Below, piece after piece: positions 17,731-27,524 of a stretch of DNA of 64,000 nt. The stretch is taken from positions 54,477 through 118,476 of the forward strand of contig CAYWEX010000001.1 in assembly GCA_964457785.1 (NCBI GenBank). The letters are read 5' to 3'. Position numbers and translations under genes: made by a program. Source of the DNA: Candidatus Woesearchaeota archaeon. GTDB lineage: Archaea; Nanobdellota; Nanobdellia; SCGC-AAA011-G17; JACPIM01. Numbering within the stretch: the first letter of the stretch is position 1; the number at the start of each line of letters is the position of its first letter. The notes below the pieces were generated by a model that was not told the DNA's origin, searched no databases, and worked only from the letters and a program-made list of their open reading frames with translations.

Positions 17731-18201
17731 ATATTTTATATTATATTTTGGAATAATTCCTAATTCTATATATTTCTCTTTAACTTTTTTAGGCAGATAC
17801 TTGAAATCTTTTATTATTTTTCTGCAGTTTTTGCTTTTACAATTGCATTTCATTGTAAAATCATCTTCATTCATTGAAGTTGAATAATCCCAAGTTATTT
17901 CCTTGCCTTTTTTTATGTTTTTAATTGAGATTAATCTTGCTTTTTTGTTTTTAATTATTAATCCTGAATTTGGACTGCAAGAATGATTAATATAATCATC
18001 CAAACTATTAGAAGGACCAAGCAGCAGATTTTTTCCAATCTGGACATAATGATCTTCTACTTTATCATAAGGACTAGGTAATTGTTTAAAAGTAAAATAC
18101 TTTCCTTTGAAATCAATTATTTTATCTCCTTTTTTTAAATCTCTATTTGTAAATACTCCTTTTCCATTTTTTCCCGATGTTTTTAATATTAGAGCATCCA
18201 T
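17725..18201 (-). CDS. SET-domain protein lysine methyltransferase
   Basis: 'GKGVFTNRDLKKGD', 'NHSCSPN', 'EITWDY', and a post-SET Cys cluster 'CNCKSKNCRK'. Confidence 0.75.
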   Translation of the reverse strand: MDALILKTSGKNGKGVFTNRDLKKGDKIIDFKGKYFTFKQLPSPYDKVEDHYVQIGKNLLLGPSNSLDDYINHSCSPNSGLIIKNKKARLISIKNIKKGKEITWDYSTSMNEDDFTMKCNCKSKNCRKIIKDFKYLPKKVKEKYIELGIIPKYNIKYL

Positions 18202-18707
18202 TTTAAAGATTCAGATTGGGAAATGTAAAAAGACAGGTTTTGAATAATAAATAATGTAATTAGAAGCAACAAAATTACAAAAAATATCTTTTCAGTTAAA
18301 CTATTCGTCCTAATAAAACCTTTAATTCTTTTGGTTGAAAATGGAGAAAATAATGATATTCCGTCTATTGTTAACATGTCAAGTAATAAATGAGATGATA
18401 TTCCTAAAAAAATAGCCAAGGCCATTTCTTTTAATTCAATAATAAAAGCCAAAGTAAAGTAAATTATTAACGGAAACAGCAAGGAATGAAAAAAACCACG
18501 ATGAGAGAATATTTTATTTAAGATAAAAGAAGAGGTTTTGAATTTTCTTCCTATTTTTGAATTTGTATTATCTATATCTGGAATAAATGAAGATATTAAA
18601 ACTAAAATAACGAAAAATAGTTTTGATTCTAAATTCATTGAATAAACCAATAATAAAGAAACCAATAATGCAAATGCTAAATGGGTTTTATACATCATAA
18701 ATATCAA
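18189..18707 (-). CDS. membrane-bound metal-dependent hydrolase-like protein (DUF457/YdjM-like)
   Basis: Polytopic protein with 'SHRGFFHS' and 'SSHLLLDMLT' His motifs. Confidence 0.45.
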   Translation of the reverse strand: MIFMMYKTHLAFALLVSLLLVYSMNLESKLFFVILVLISSFIPDIDNTNSKIGRKFKTSSFILNKIFSHRGFFHSLLFPLIIYFTLAFIIELKEMALAIFLGISSHLLLDMLTIDGISLFSPFSTKRIKGFIRTNSLTEKIFFVILLLLITLFIIQNLSFYISQSESLKWML

Positions 18708-18754
18708 CTCTTTTTATAACATATTAAGCTGAGTTAATATTTAAAACTATCAAA

Positions 18755-18803
18755 ATCAAGAAATCTGTATTTCTTCAACAGAATTAGAATCTATTATTCT
18801 CAG
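18755..18803. repeat. direct repeat copy 1: duplicated 3' end of the RPA gene
   Basis: 'tcaagaaatctgtatttcttcaacagaattagaatctattattctcagg'. Its reverse complement reads LRIIDSNSVEEIQIS*, matching the C-terminus of 19452..20447. Confidence 0.6.
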
Positions 18804-18891
18804 GCTATTAAGTTTTTAAAAAAATTAATTTCCTGAAATATAGAAAAGTTTTTATAGTATAAATGACTATTAATTTATAGTTAAAAAACAT

Positions 18892-19104
18892 GTGAATATG
18901 TATTGGAAAGAAATCAAAAAAAGTGAACATTTTGAACAATATCATAAAGGAACTTTGGCCTGGAATGATGTTATAACTTTAATTTACAAGATAAAAAATA
19001 AAAGGAAAAAAGGAGACAAACTTGAAATCGAAGATGATAAATTTTACATTTTGTGCGAACTCAAGGATCAGATATTATATGTAATAAATGTTAAAAGAAA
19101 ATAA
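18892..19104 (+). CDS. small protein, possible toxin component of a TA-like pair
   Basis: 70 aa. It overlaps the downstream Zn-ribbon/AbrB-like gene and is flanked by direct repeats. Confidence 0.3.
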   Translation: MNMYWKEIKKSEHFEQYHKGTLAWNDVITLIYKIKNKRKKGDKLEIEDDKFYILCELKDQILYVINVKRK

Positions 19105-19438
19105 GGTTAAAAATATGCAATGCCCACAATGTAATTCAGAATTGAGAAAAATAAAAGTACGAATCCAGGAAGCAGATAGTCCTGTAACTAGTTATCAATG
19201 CGCTAAATGTGGTTATTTTGAGTTTGAAGAGAAGTCCATAAATAAAGCAATAGAAGAAATAAAAATAAAAGAAGCACCACTGAAAATTAAACAGAAAATA
19301 ATAAAGCTTTCTCATGACAGGCTTGGCATGTATATAAATAGAGATATCGCAAGAAGCCTTGATCTTAAGGGTGGAGAAGAAGTTTATGTTTCTATGCCAG
19401 ATAAAAAACATATATTAATCAATGTTGAGAAAAAATAA
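19088..19438 (+). CDS. Zn-ribbon plus AbrB/MazE/SpoVT-like swapped-hairpin DNA-binding protein (antitoxin-like)
   Basis: 'CPQCNSEL...CAKCGY' zinc ribbon (MqsA/YgiT-like) and a C-terminal 'KLSHDRLGMYINRDIARSLDLKGGEEVYV'. Confidence 0.4.
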   Translation: MLKENKVKNMQCPQCNSELRKIKVRIQEADSPVTSYQCAKCGYFEFEEKSINKAIEEIKIKEAPLKIKQKIIKLSHDRLGMYINRDIARSLDLKGGEEVYVSMPDKKHILINVEKK

Positions 19439-19451
19439 GTTCATTATTTTA

Positions 19452-19505
19452 TTAAGAAATCTGTATTTCTTCAACAGCATTAGAATTAGAATCTATAATT
19501 CTCTG
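19452..19505. repeat. direct repeat copy 2 (native 3' end of the RPA gene)
   Basis: 'ttaagaaatctgtatttcttcaacagcattagaattagaatctataattctctgg'. It has a 6-nt in-frame insertion (tagaat) relative to copy 1. Confidence 0.6.
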
Positions 19506-20447
19506 GACATTTAATTCTTTTCTGTCAAACATTTCGTTTTTATTTACCTTAACAACAAGGTTTATTTGCTTTCCAAGAACTTTACCTTTTAATTCCTCAA
19601 TCTTTTCAGGAAACTGCCTTAATTCATATAATTGTTGGGAAGTTTTATCTAAGATTTTTTCAGCATGATTTCTAAAAGCTGTTGTCCTTATGCTTTCTGT
19701 ACCATCATCAAAAATAAAATTCAATATTGGGACAAGTTTTTCCTGAACTGAACCATGAGAGTCACAGATAAATTTGCCATCATAAAGCCTTACTTTTTTA
19801 TTGCATTCTGGACAAGCTTCATAAAACCTTGGCTCAAATATCTGAGTTATCGTACCAAAAACAGAAATATTTACATCAGTATCAGTAAGGTCTTTAATTT
19901 GTTTTTTGGGAAAATCTTCCTGTCCTTTAAATTCCCGGACTGATACTGTCTCATTTTCAGGGTTAATTATTATTTGAGACCTGTTGCCTAAGTGAAATTC
20001 CTTGAAAGCATTATTTTCTTTAATGTAACCATTTTTTAATTTTAAAATCGAACCTTCTTTTATTTGAAGGTCTTCTAAATATTTTATTAGATTAGTGTCC
20101 CACAAAACTAATTTTATGATTCCTGTTTCATCTCCAACTAATATATTAGCTACTTTTCCTGATCTTTTTTCTGTCTTGAATTCGCGAACTCCGAAAATTT
20201 TAACAACTTTGCACAATAAATTTACAGAATTCATTCCAGCAATCAATTTATCTACTGTTACTTTTCCAACTGGCTGGAATATTTTAATACCTAGTTCATG
20301 AGCAACTATGTGAGCAGCACCCTCTTTTGTTACAAGGTCTGACATTTTTGCCAGTTTTTCCTTTACTTTTATTTCAATTTCCTGCTCAGGAATATTTGCT
20401 TCCTGGTTTATTCTTTTTATTATATCTTGATAAGACATGCCAAACAT
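19452..20447 (-). CDS. rpa: Replication protein A-like ssDNA-binding protein (OB folds plus C4 zinc finger)
   Basis: OB-fold segments 'GKVANILVGDETGIIKLVLWD' and 'VNISVFGTITQI', and zinc finger 'CPECNKKV...CDSHG'. Confidence 0.65.
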   Translation of the reverse strand: MFGMSYQDIIKRINQEANIPEQEIEIKVKEKLAKMSDLVTKEGAAHIVAHELGIKIFQPVGKVTVDKLIAGMNSVNLLCKVVKIFGVREFKTEKRSGKVANILVGDETGIIKLVLWDTNLIKYLEDLQIKEGSILKLKNGYIKENNAFKEFHLGNRSQIIINPENETVSVREFKGQEDFPKKQIKDLTDTDVNISVFGTITQIFEPRFYEACPECNKKVRLYDGKFICDSHGSVQEKLVPILNFIFDDGTESIRTTAFRNHAEKILDKTSQQLYELRQFPEKIEELKGKVLGKQINLVVKVNKNEMFDRKELNVQRIIDSNSNAVEEIQIS

Positions 20448-20535
20448 TTTAATTAAAAACTCAAGGTTATATTAAAAGATTACTATACTTCTGAATAGAT
20501 ATATTTTTATGAGTTTCTAACACATAGATAAGGGC

Positions 20536-22326
20536 ATGGGGGAAGATAATGGATTAATGAGAAAACTAAGTGAATGGCCTCAATTAATGCTATATTTGGG
20601 ATTTTTATCTGGGGGATATTTACATTTTGGCAAAGGAATAGGTTTTGGTGGAGAAGTCCAAAGTAGAGATGCTTTTCTTGAGAGAACTGGTTATTCTATG
20701 GCAGCTATGCTTGCAGTTGGATTTTTCTTCACAATGTATGGTTTTTTCTGCACATCAAAAAGATTAAAGGAACCTGTTTTAGAAAATTATCTTAAATACT
20801 TAAGCATGCCGTATGTTGACTTTCCAAAATTATTAGAATTAAACAAAAAAGAAGATGTTGCTGGAAAAATTGATTTATTAGAAGAACAAAAGAAAATATT
20901 CAAGCATGAAGGATTATTGGATTTAAAAATTGGGGGGCTGTATTTTAAATTAGGGGAACTAGAAAGAGGAATTGACAAATTAAGATCTGCTTTTCAAGAT
21001 ATTTCAAGAGATGATTTTGACGGATTTATAGAAATTGAAAAAAAAGTTTATTCTTTATTTACAAAAATTGTTAATCTTGAAAAAATGGAAAGAAATCCAA
21101 AAAATATTGAGAATTATTTTAATTTTATTGCTGCATCTTTGCTCGGCGGTAATTTAGAAGAGGCAGCTGGCTGTTTCCAAAAATTAAGCAACTTAGATTT
21201 AGAGAACAGGCTTGAGTTTAATATTTTATTTTCTTTATTTTTAGATTCTACAGCAGAAAATCCCCTTAATAGGAAAATTCGGGAAAAAGAAGAGTATAAG
21301 AGCAGCGAGCAATGGAAGAAAACAATTAGGCTAATTTTAGGAAATAAAGCTCTTCAATTCCTATCTTTTGGAGTAGATTCAAGAAACAGGATTTTAGAAA
21401 TTGGACCAAATGAATTCTTGAGAAGCACTTTTGCATTTAAAACTGGGAAAAATGAAGAAGAATTAAGTAGGGGCTTTTATGTAAATTTGGGATTAAAAAA
21501 ATTAGGAGAGAAAGTTTTAGGCAAAGGAGAATTAAAACTAATAAGAGGGCTGGATTTTTTTGAAGTTGAAGGAGAATTTTACGATGTCAGCCAGAGAAAA
21601 CCATCAAAAAATTTAGAAGATCTATTTGACGATGTAAAGGTTTCAATAGATAAAGGAAGGTATATTGTTCAAGCTTTAAGAAACCAGAGGAAAATTCACG
21701 AAGTTTCAAGAGAAGGAATTAAGAAAGAGTATTTTACAATTGATGGAATTAAGGTTAAATTAAAAGAATATGATTATAGGGAAACTTTAGAGAGAAGATT
21801 AATAAAAAGATTTGGAGAAAATAGAAAAGGAGAAGAGTTAGTTGAAGCAATAGTTGAAAGTGTTATGCCTTATACTAAAGAATTTAGCTGTTTAATTAAT
21901 GGGGATTTGGCAATTTCTAATATATTTGATGATGGAACTGTATTTGATTTTGAAAGAGCCTGTATTGGAAATCCTGTTATTGATGCTGCAACTACATTAG
22001 AAGATCCTAAAAATGGGAAAATAGGAAGAACTGGAATGTTTAGGGATTTTTATTTGGAAAATGTTGATGGCAGAGAAAGGGAATTTTTAGAAGAAAGCTA
22101 TTTACCTCACAGTGTTTTTATTTCTGCCTGCCAGACAGGAAGCAAATTTGCCCAAGGAATTAAAAAAAGAGAAAACGGAGAAATAGAAAAATCTGAAAAA
22201 GATTTTGAGAGAAGCAATGGGTTTGTAAGACAGGTGCTTGATAAGGGAAATCCAGAAATAAAAGACAGATTTATTGGATATTTAAAAAGTTCTGATCAAG
22301 GAAAAGAATTGATTAAGGCAGTTTAA
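20536..22326 (+). CDS. large protein with C-terminal protein-kinase-like (APH/phosphotransferase-type) domain
   Basis: 'LINGDLAISNIFDDGTVFDFERACIGNPVIDAATTL' resembles the HGDxxxxN...DFE catalytic and Mg-binding loops of the APH/kinase-like fold. N-terminal TM segments. Confidence 0.35.
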   Translation: MGEDNGLMRKLSEWPQLMLYLGFLSGGYLHFGKGIGFGGEVQSRDAFLERTGYSMAAMLAVGFFFTMYGFFCTSKRLKEPVLENYLKYLSMPYVDFPKLLELNKKEDVAGKIDLLEEQKKIFKHEGLLDLKIGGLYFKLGELERGIDKLRSAFQDISRDDFDGFIEIEKKVYSLFTKIVNLEKMERNPKNIENYFNFIAASLLGGNLEEAAGCFQKLSNLDLENRLEFNILFSLFLDSTAENPLNRKIREKEEYKSSEQWKKTIRLILGNKALQFLSFGVDSRNRILEIGPNEFLRSTFAFKTGKNEEELSRGFYVNLGLKKLGEKVLGKGELKLIRGLDFFEVEGEFYDVSQRKPSKNLEDLFDDVKVSIDKGRYIVQALRNQRKIHEVSREGIKKEYFTIDGIKVKLKEYDYRETLERRLIKRFGENRKGEELVEAIVESVMPYTKEFSCLINGDLAISNIFDDGTVFDFERACIGNPVIDAATTLEDPKNGKIGRTGMFRDFYLENVDGREREFLEESYLPHSVFISACQTGSKFAQGIKKRENGEIEKSEKDFERSNGFVRQVLDKGNPEIKDRFIGYLKSSDQGKELIKAV

Positions 22327-23081
22327 CTTTGTACTTTTGGTATCTTAAATTCCAAAACTGGTTGGATTGGATATTCAAAAGAATTTGGGTTATTGTTTAA
22401 ATAAAACTTTTCCTTCCTATAGAAAAATTCAAGCATGTCTGATTTGTCTGATTCCCTGCATTCTAAACCAGCTATCAACTTTTCAGGTTCAGGGCACTTT
22501 TCAAGGATTTTATTATGGTAAACTGCATACAACTCAGAAATCTGGCTTAAATCATAAGTCACTTCCTTAGTAAATTTATGATCTATTACAAATTCTATAT
22601 CACCTTTTGTAAATTTTATATTTGGAGAATGGAATGTAAAGATTAATTTATTTTTTTCCTGAACAAGATCAATTGAATATAGATTTAGATTATTATCTCT
22701 AGCATATTGGTTAAACGAATCCTGTAAATAATTTTTTAAATTATACCTTATTTTTTCTTTAGTTAAAATACAGTCTTCAAATATCTTGTAATCGTTCCAG
22801 AATATACAAACCTTTTCTTTTTTTAATTTTTTGTTATATCCGCTGTTTTTATTTAGTTCAATTATGGAATTATACATGTGATAAGTAGATGACTCTTCAA
22901 TCAGATCTAACTTTAATTTAACTTCTCTGTCAAATTCGATTAAACTTCCAGGATATTTTCCAACATCAGCTTCTATTCCTTTATTTACCAGTACATAAAA
23001 AGCGATTATAGAAAAAACAACTATAACTCCCAAGACAAGCATTGGTTCAAGCACCAGACCTTTTTTATTTATTTTTTGCAA
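22323..23081 (-). CDS. pilin-like protein (class-III-like N-terminus)
   Basis: N-terminus 'MQKINKKGLVLEPMLVLGVIVVFSIIAFYVLV'. Last gene of a tandem pilin array. Confidence 0.45.
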   Translation of the reverse strand: MQKINKKGLVLEPMLVLGVIVVFSIIAFYVLVNKGIEADVGKYPGSLIEFDREVKLKLDLIEESSTYHMYNSIIELNKNSGYNKKLKKEKVCIFWNDYKIFEDCILTKEKIRYNLKNYLQDSFNQYARDNNLNLYSIDLVQEKNKLIFTFHSPNIKFTKGDIEFVIDHKFTKEVTYDLSQISELYAVYHNKILEKCPEPEKLIAGLECRESDKSDMLEFFYRKEKFYLNNNPNSFEYPIQPVLEFKIPKVQS

Positions 23082-23848
23082 ATTAAATAGTCCCCTTTAC
23101 ATTTGATTACTTCTTCTTTTTTATAAAACTTTGAACAACCATCATTTATTGGGCTGCATAATAATTCATCTTCAGTCATAAACCATAAATCTTTAGACGG
23201 TGAGATTAAGCTGTACCATAATTCTTCTGAATTTATGGTTTTTTCAAATAATTCTTTAGAATTAATTATTTTAATATTTTTTAACGGTACAGGAATTTCA
23301 TGGCTTTTTGAAACTGGGGGAGTTAAAAAGCTTAGATCTGAATACGATGCTTTTTGCTTTTTACCAACCCCTACCCCAATACAATTATTTAACTCTGGAT
23401 TTAAGGCAGGAAATTTTTGAATTAATGATGTATCAACATTTCCAGTTTTAATTATTGTAGCTACATCAGCAGTTTCTTTATTTAGTTTTGTACAATCATC
23501 TATTTTTTGCTTTCCACAGAATATTGATACTGAAGAAGGTTTTGGAGCCAAGGAAATAACTGCCCTTTCAAGGTATTCCAGCAGATTTTTATTAGTTGTA
23601 TTACAATAAAGAGAACTTAACTGCTTTATTGTTGTTTCTTTTTCTTCAGTTCTAAATTTTACATTTAACAAATAATCTGTAAACTCATGCACTTCAGTAT
23701 TTGCTTCGCTTAGACTAATAGAAAATTCCTCGTTTGCTGAAAACTGGAGATAAAAGAAAAAAACGCCAAAAATAATTACTATCATTACCAAGGCATAAAT
23801 AGACGTTGAAAAAGTCAGGAAATCTCCAATTATAGCTTTTTTATTCAA
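23069..23848 (-). CDS. pilin-like protein
   Basis: 'MNKKAIIGDFLTFSTSIYALVMIVIIFGVFFFYL'. Confidence 0.45.
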   Translation of the reverse strand: MNKKAIIGDFLTFSTSIYALVMIVIIFGVFFFYLQFSANEEFSISLSEANTEVHEFTDYLLNVKFRTEEKETTIKQLSSLYCNTTNKNLLEYLERAVISLAPKPSSVSIFCGKQKIDDCTKLNKETADVATIIKTGNVDTSLIQKFPALNPELNNCIGVGVGKKQKASYSDLSFLTPPVSKSHEIPVPLKNIKIINSKELFEKTINSEELWYSLISPSKDLWFMTEDELLCSPINDGCSKFYKKEEVIKCKGDYLICKK

Positions 23849-24275
23849 GATTAATCACCATCTCTACCTGAATTTCCTGAAATTCATTATTTATTTTTAT
23901 TAAAAAATTATCTTTAGGACAAATATAATCATTGCTTAACCTGCAAAACTGTTCATCAAAATTATTTTCATTAATAAAAAATTTATCTGAATTAGAAGTT
24001 ATTTTTATACCAATATTATTTCTGTTAAAACAAGAACTTAATTTTTCCTTTACCAGACCCTCTTTTTCCAAACAAATTTTCAATTCTGCAAGAGCAATAC
24101 TTTTTTCCTGCAATTTAACTTTTCTTAAAGCCAATTCCTGATTTTGAGAAAAACATCCAGTTGGAAGCGCTATAAGAAAAGCAACAAAAACAATTAAAAA
24201 TAAGCGGGGTATTGAAAACATTCCCTGAGATATATCATCAAAAACAGTGCCTTTTTTATCAAGCAATTTTTTCAT
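23841..24275 (-). CDS. pilin-like protein
   Basis: 'MKKLLDKKGTVFDDISQGMFSIPRLFLIVFVAFLIAL'. Confidence 0.4.
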   Translation of the reverse strand: MKKLLDKKGTVFDDISQGMFSIPRLFLIVFVAFLIALPTGCFSQNQELALRKVKLQEKSIALAELKICLEKEGLVKEKLSSCFNRNNIGIKITSNSDKFFINENNFDEQFCRLSNDYICPKDNFLIKINNEFQEIQVEMVINLE

Positions 24276-24627
24276 TTTTTTCTAGAATTAATGTCTCCTT
24301 TTGTCTTTTAAATTTTAAAGAAATATCATGATTTTTTCTATATGGGACTTTTATCTCAGCTTTACCATCATTGATTAAAACAAAATTTTCATTTAAATCA
24401 AATTTAAAATTTTCCGGAAGATGATAAGAAATCTTTATATTTTCTTCAGGCAAAAACTGCATTACTTCTAAAGTATTTGCAATATCTTCACCAAAGATCC
24501 GAGCTTTTAGTGTTGTATCGTTTAATTTAGAGACAACAAAATAAATTGATATGCCAATAATGAATAAACCGAATAAGATAAAACCAACCTCATTCATCAA
24601 TCTCCTTGAATCGCCTCTTTTATTCAT
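24259..24627 (-). CDS. pilin-like protein
   Basis: 'MNKRGDSRRLMNEVGFILFGLFIIGISIYFVV'. Confidence 0.45.
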   Translation of the reverse strand: MNKRGDSRRLMNEVGFILFGLFIIGISIYFVVSKLNDTTLKARIFGEDIANTLEVMQFLPEENIKISYHLPENFKFDLNENFVLINDGKAEIKVPYRKNHDISLKFKRQKETLILEKNEKIA

Positions 24628-24673
24628 TAAAAAAATTAAGGGTTACAAATTTATAAAGTTAAGTAAAGAATTA

Positions 24674-25363
24674 TTAGCTTACATGTGGCGATATAACTAT
24701 AAGTTCAGTTATATAATCTTTTTTTAACAGCTCTAATTTGAGATTATAAGAATTAGGATTCTCTTTTAACAAGCTATCTTTATTATCTAAGGCAAAAAAG
24801 AATTCAGTTGTATAAACTGGTAATGGTACTGAACTTGAAACGTATATTGAGCCAGCTATATCGTTAAAATTATCCAAATTAGTACAATCTATTGTTTTTT
24901 CTTCACATTTAGTGCTTACTATCTTTACTTCACCAGCTTCTTTTGTTTCTGATTCTGATAATTTGCATTTACAAATACATACTGAATCTGTTTGGCATTC
25001 CTTTGGCCGAATAATCGCATTAAAATTTATATCTTTGTTAGAAATTGGCTCTTTATAAGAAATTAATTTATTATTATCATCAAAATAAAAATCATGTGAA
25101 TCGCTGATACTAAATAAAACTTCCTGATTATTTAAATTTAATTTTACTTTTTTATATTGACTATCTTCTAATTCTTCAATAATTTTCTTAAATCCGTCAA
25201 AATCAACAGTTAAAATTTCTTCTTGAGTAAAAGCTGGCGCTATAGCATTATATAATTTATATCCTGAAAAACCCAATAAAAGTATTAAAGGAATAGCTAA
25301 AATAATAGCTCCTAAACTAGAGGGTAGAATAGCTGTTGATTCTTCTTCACCTTTTTTATTCAT
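24674..25363 (-). CDS. pilin-like protein
   Basis: 'MNKKGEEESTAILPSSLGAIILAIPLILLLGF'. Cys-rich extracellular part. Confidence 0.45.
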   Translation of the reverse strand: MNKKGEEESTAILPSSLGAIILAIPLILLLGFSGYKLYNAIAPAFTQEEILTVDFDGFKKIIEELEDSQYKKVKLNLNNQEVLFSISDSHDFYFDDNNKLISYKEPISNKDINFNAIIRPKECQTDSVCICKCKLSESETKEAGEVKIVSTKCEEKTIDCTNLDNFNDIAGSIYVSSSVPLPVYTTEFFFALDNKDSLLKENPNSYNLKLELLKKDYITELIVISPHVS

Positions 25364-25399
25364 GAATAATAAGAAAATAAAAAGGATATATAAGGTTTA

Positions 25400-25825
25400 T
25401 TAATCACAGATTGAACCGGGACCATCTAATTGACATCCTACGCCTAAGCTTTGCTCTTCTGCCAATACTGTTGTTCTATAACAATAATATTTCACAAAAG
25501 GCTTGCCTTTGTCTTCATCATTTCCACCAACCCTGTCTGCAAAACCATTACCATCATTATCTATGTTGAATGATGCTTTACAAAAAGCAGAATTTCTTCT
25601 TAATGGATCTGATAATAATTTAGCCTGCTCACATCTTTGATCACAAGTCTGAACTGCTATTGTTAAATCAGTACCAGAAGCTATTGGGAAGAATACTCTT
25701 GAAATTACTTCAGTAATTCTTCCAAAACCACCTAAAAAGAATGTTGTTACAACAATTAAGACAAGAACAACTAGAACTGCAATGATAATAGTATTTATTG
25801 TTAAATCAACACCTTTTTTATTCAT
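25400..25825 (-). CDS. pilin-like protein
   Basis: 'MNKKGVDLTINTIIIAVLVVLVLIVV'. Cys-rich C-terminal domain. Confidence 0.5.
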   Translation of the reverse strand: MNKKGVDLTINTIIIAVLVVLVLIVVTTFFLGGFGRITEVISRVFFPIASGTDLTIAVQTCDQRCEQAKLLSDPLRRNSAFCKASFNIDNDGNGFADRVGGNDEDKGKPFVKYYCYRTTVLAEEQSLGVGCQLDGPGSICD

Positions 25826-25879
25826 TTACATAACCTCTTTATTGTTTTAAGATAATTGATTGATATTTAAAGGTTTTTA

Positions 25880-26482
25880 TTAACTGCAGGAAATTGCAGT
25901 AATTTTGACTTTTGGTTCTTTTTGTTCTGGCTTGAATTTACATTCTTTATTGGAATTGAAACCACATGGATTAGATTCACAAAGAGATTTATCAGTTTTA
26001 TAAATTTCGGAGCTTTCTTTATATTCTTCTTGAAAAGCTGATAAAAAAACTAATTTATCCTCTTTTAGTTCGCCACGATTAAAACTAGTAAACACTTGAT
26101 TATAACCTTTACATAAACCATAATAATTCTTAAAATATTCTTCATTTTCACAGGAAAAACAATCTACTTTGCCTTCTGCTCGGCCCCAAAAACATTTAGT
26201 AATACTTGTTTTTTGATTTTTAGCATCTAAACCCATACAAGCTTGGTAAGAATTGTATTTTCTACAGGCTTTATCTTCTTCATTTCCCCCACCAATATTT
26301 AGAGAGGGTTTTATATCTTCTATTTTTATGAGATTTTTTGCTTGGGAAAATTTAGAATCTTTGCCAGTAGCTAAATCAGAGGAACTTGAAGAAAGGAAAT
26401 AGATTATTAAACCAGTGGCTACTACTGCTAAAACCAATATAGGTACTGTGTCTATAGTTAAATACGAACCTCTTTTATTCAT
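25880..26482 (-). CDS. pilin-like protein
   Basis: 'MNKRGSYLTIDTVPILVLAVVATGLIIYF'. Cys-rich. Confidence 0.5.
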   Translation of the reverse strand: MNKRGSYLTIDTVPILVLAVVATGLIIYFLSSSSSDLATGKDSKFSQAKNLIKIEDIKPSLNIGGGNEEDKACRKYNSYQACMGLDAKNQKTSITKCFWGRAEGKVDCFSCENEEYFKNYYGLCKGYNQVFTSFNRGELKEDKLVFLSAFQEEYKESSEIYKTDKSLCESNPCGFNSNKECKFKPEQKEPKVKITAISCS

Positions 26483-26503
26483 TTTATTTTTTAATTTATT
26501 TGA

Positions 26504-26653
26504 TTATTTAAATATTGCTTTAGCAAAATCAAAAAAAGATTTTAATACTTCTTCCAAATTACTTTTAAAAGCAAAATAAATTAATATTAAAGCAAATAAA
26601 GCAATAATTAAAGCTACAACTTTTTCAATTGAAATTTCGGCTTTTTTGTTCAT
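26504..26653 (-). CDS. mini pilin-like protein (49 aa, not in ORF track)
   Basis: 'MNKKAEISIEKVVALIIALFALILIYFAFKSNLEEVLKSFFDFAKAIFK'. ATGA overlap with the upstream gene. Confidence 0.4.
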   Translation of the reverse strand: MNKKAEISIEKVVALIIALFALILIYFAFKSNLEEVLKSFFDFAKAIFK

Positions 26654-26808
26654 TTTAATCTCAATATACTACTTAAATCTATTTCTTCAAATAAAAATTT
26701 CTTGATCATAGCTATCATTAAAAAGATAAGCACAGCTATCATTAACCACTTTAAAAGATCTAAAATAGTCCAATCAATTTCTGAAGATGCTTTTTTATTT
26801 AGTTTCAT
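26650..26808 (-). CDS. mini pilin-like protein (52 aa, not in ORF track)
   Basis: 'MKLNKKASSEIDWTILDLLKWLMIAVLIFLMIAMIKK...'. ATGA overlaps on both sides. Confidence 0.4.
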   Translation of the reverse strand: MKLNKKASSEIDWTILDLLKWLMIAVLIFLMIAMIKKFLFEEIDLSSILRLK

Positions 26809-27524
26809 ATTGACCTACAATGTTTTACGAGAGTATCTTGCGATACTAAAGCAACATATGTTCTTAAATTAGATCTTAAATCCTTATCAAAAATGTTATT
26901 ATAAACGTAAACATTTAGCTGATTTAATCCTAAAGTAAATAGTCCTTGAGCTTCTACATTTAAATAATCTTTATCAGTTACCAAAACAGTATAAACTCTT
27001 TGATCTTTACTAATTTTATTGGGTGCGAAAGCAAAGGCAGCTGGTATTTGTTTATATTCTTCTTTACTCCTCATAAAAGTCCCTAAAGAAGTTGATGATA
27101 TATCTACTTCATTCTTAAACTGAAATTTTGAACAAACAAAACAATAATTATCAAAACTAAAATCCTTAAAAAAATCTAATTTACTTTGGCCAAAATTGTC
27201 CCAGCAAGTATAAAGACTGTTAGCCAATAAATCACGTACCTTTTTAGGATCTGTTTCAGTAATTGCATTTTTTCCTGTTTTATCTTCTGTTTTGCATCCT
27301 TTTAATTCTTTAAATGATTTTATTCCTTGTAGTTTTACACCCTGCAATTGTGCTGCATTAGCTATTGCAGCTGCATTTTGCACACTGGCTTTACAAGAAG
27401 CATTTTCAATTATAAGTTCAGTTTCTGGATATAATTTATTAAATATCCACTGGCCCAAAGCCACAAATGAAATCAGTAAAACAATCAAAGTCACTACTAT
27501 TGACATACTTGCTTTTTTGTTCAT
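26805..27524 (-). CDS. pilin-like protein
   Basis: 'MNKKASMSIVVTLIVLLISFVALGQ'. Cys-containing extracellular domain. Confidence 0.5.
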   Translation of the reverse strand: MNKKASMSIVVTLIVLLISFVALGQWIFNKLYPETELIIENASCKASVQNAAAIANAAQLQGVKLQGIKSFKELKGCKTEDKTGKNAITETDPKKVRDLLANSLYTCWDNFGQSKLDFFKDFSFDNYCFVCSKFQFKNEVDISSTSLGTFMRSKEEYKQIPAAFAFAPNKISKDQRVYTVLVTDKDYLNVEAQGLFTLGLNQLNVYVYNNIFDKDLRSNLRTYVALVSQDTLVKHCRSI

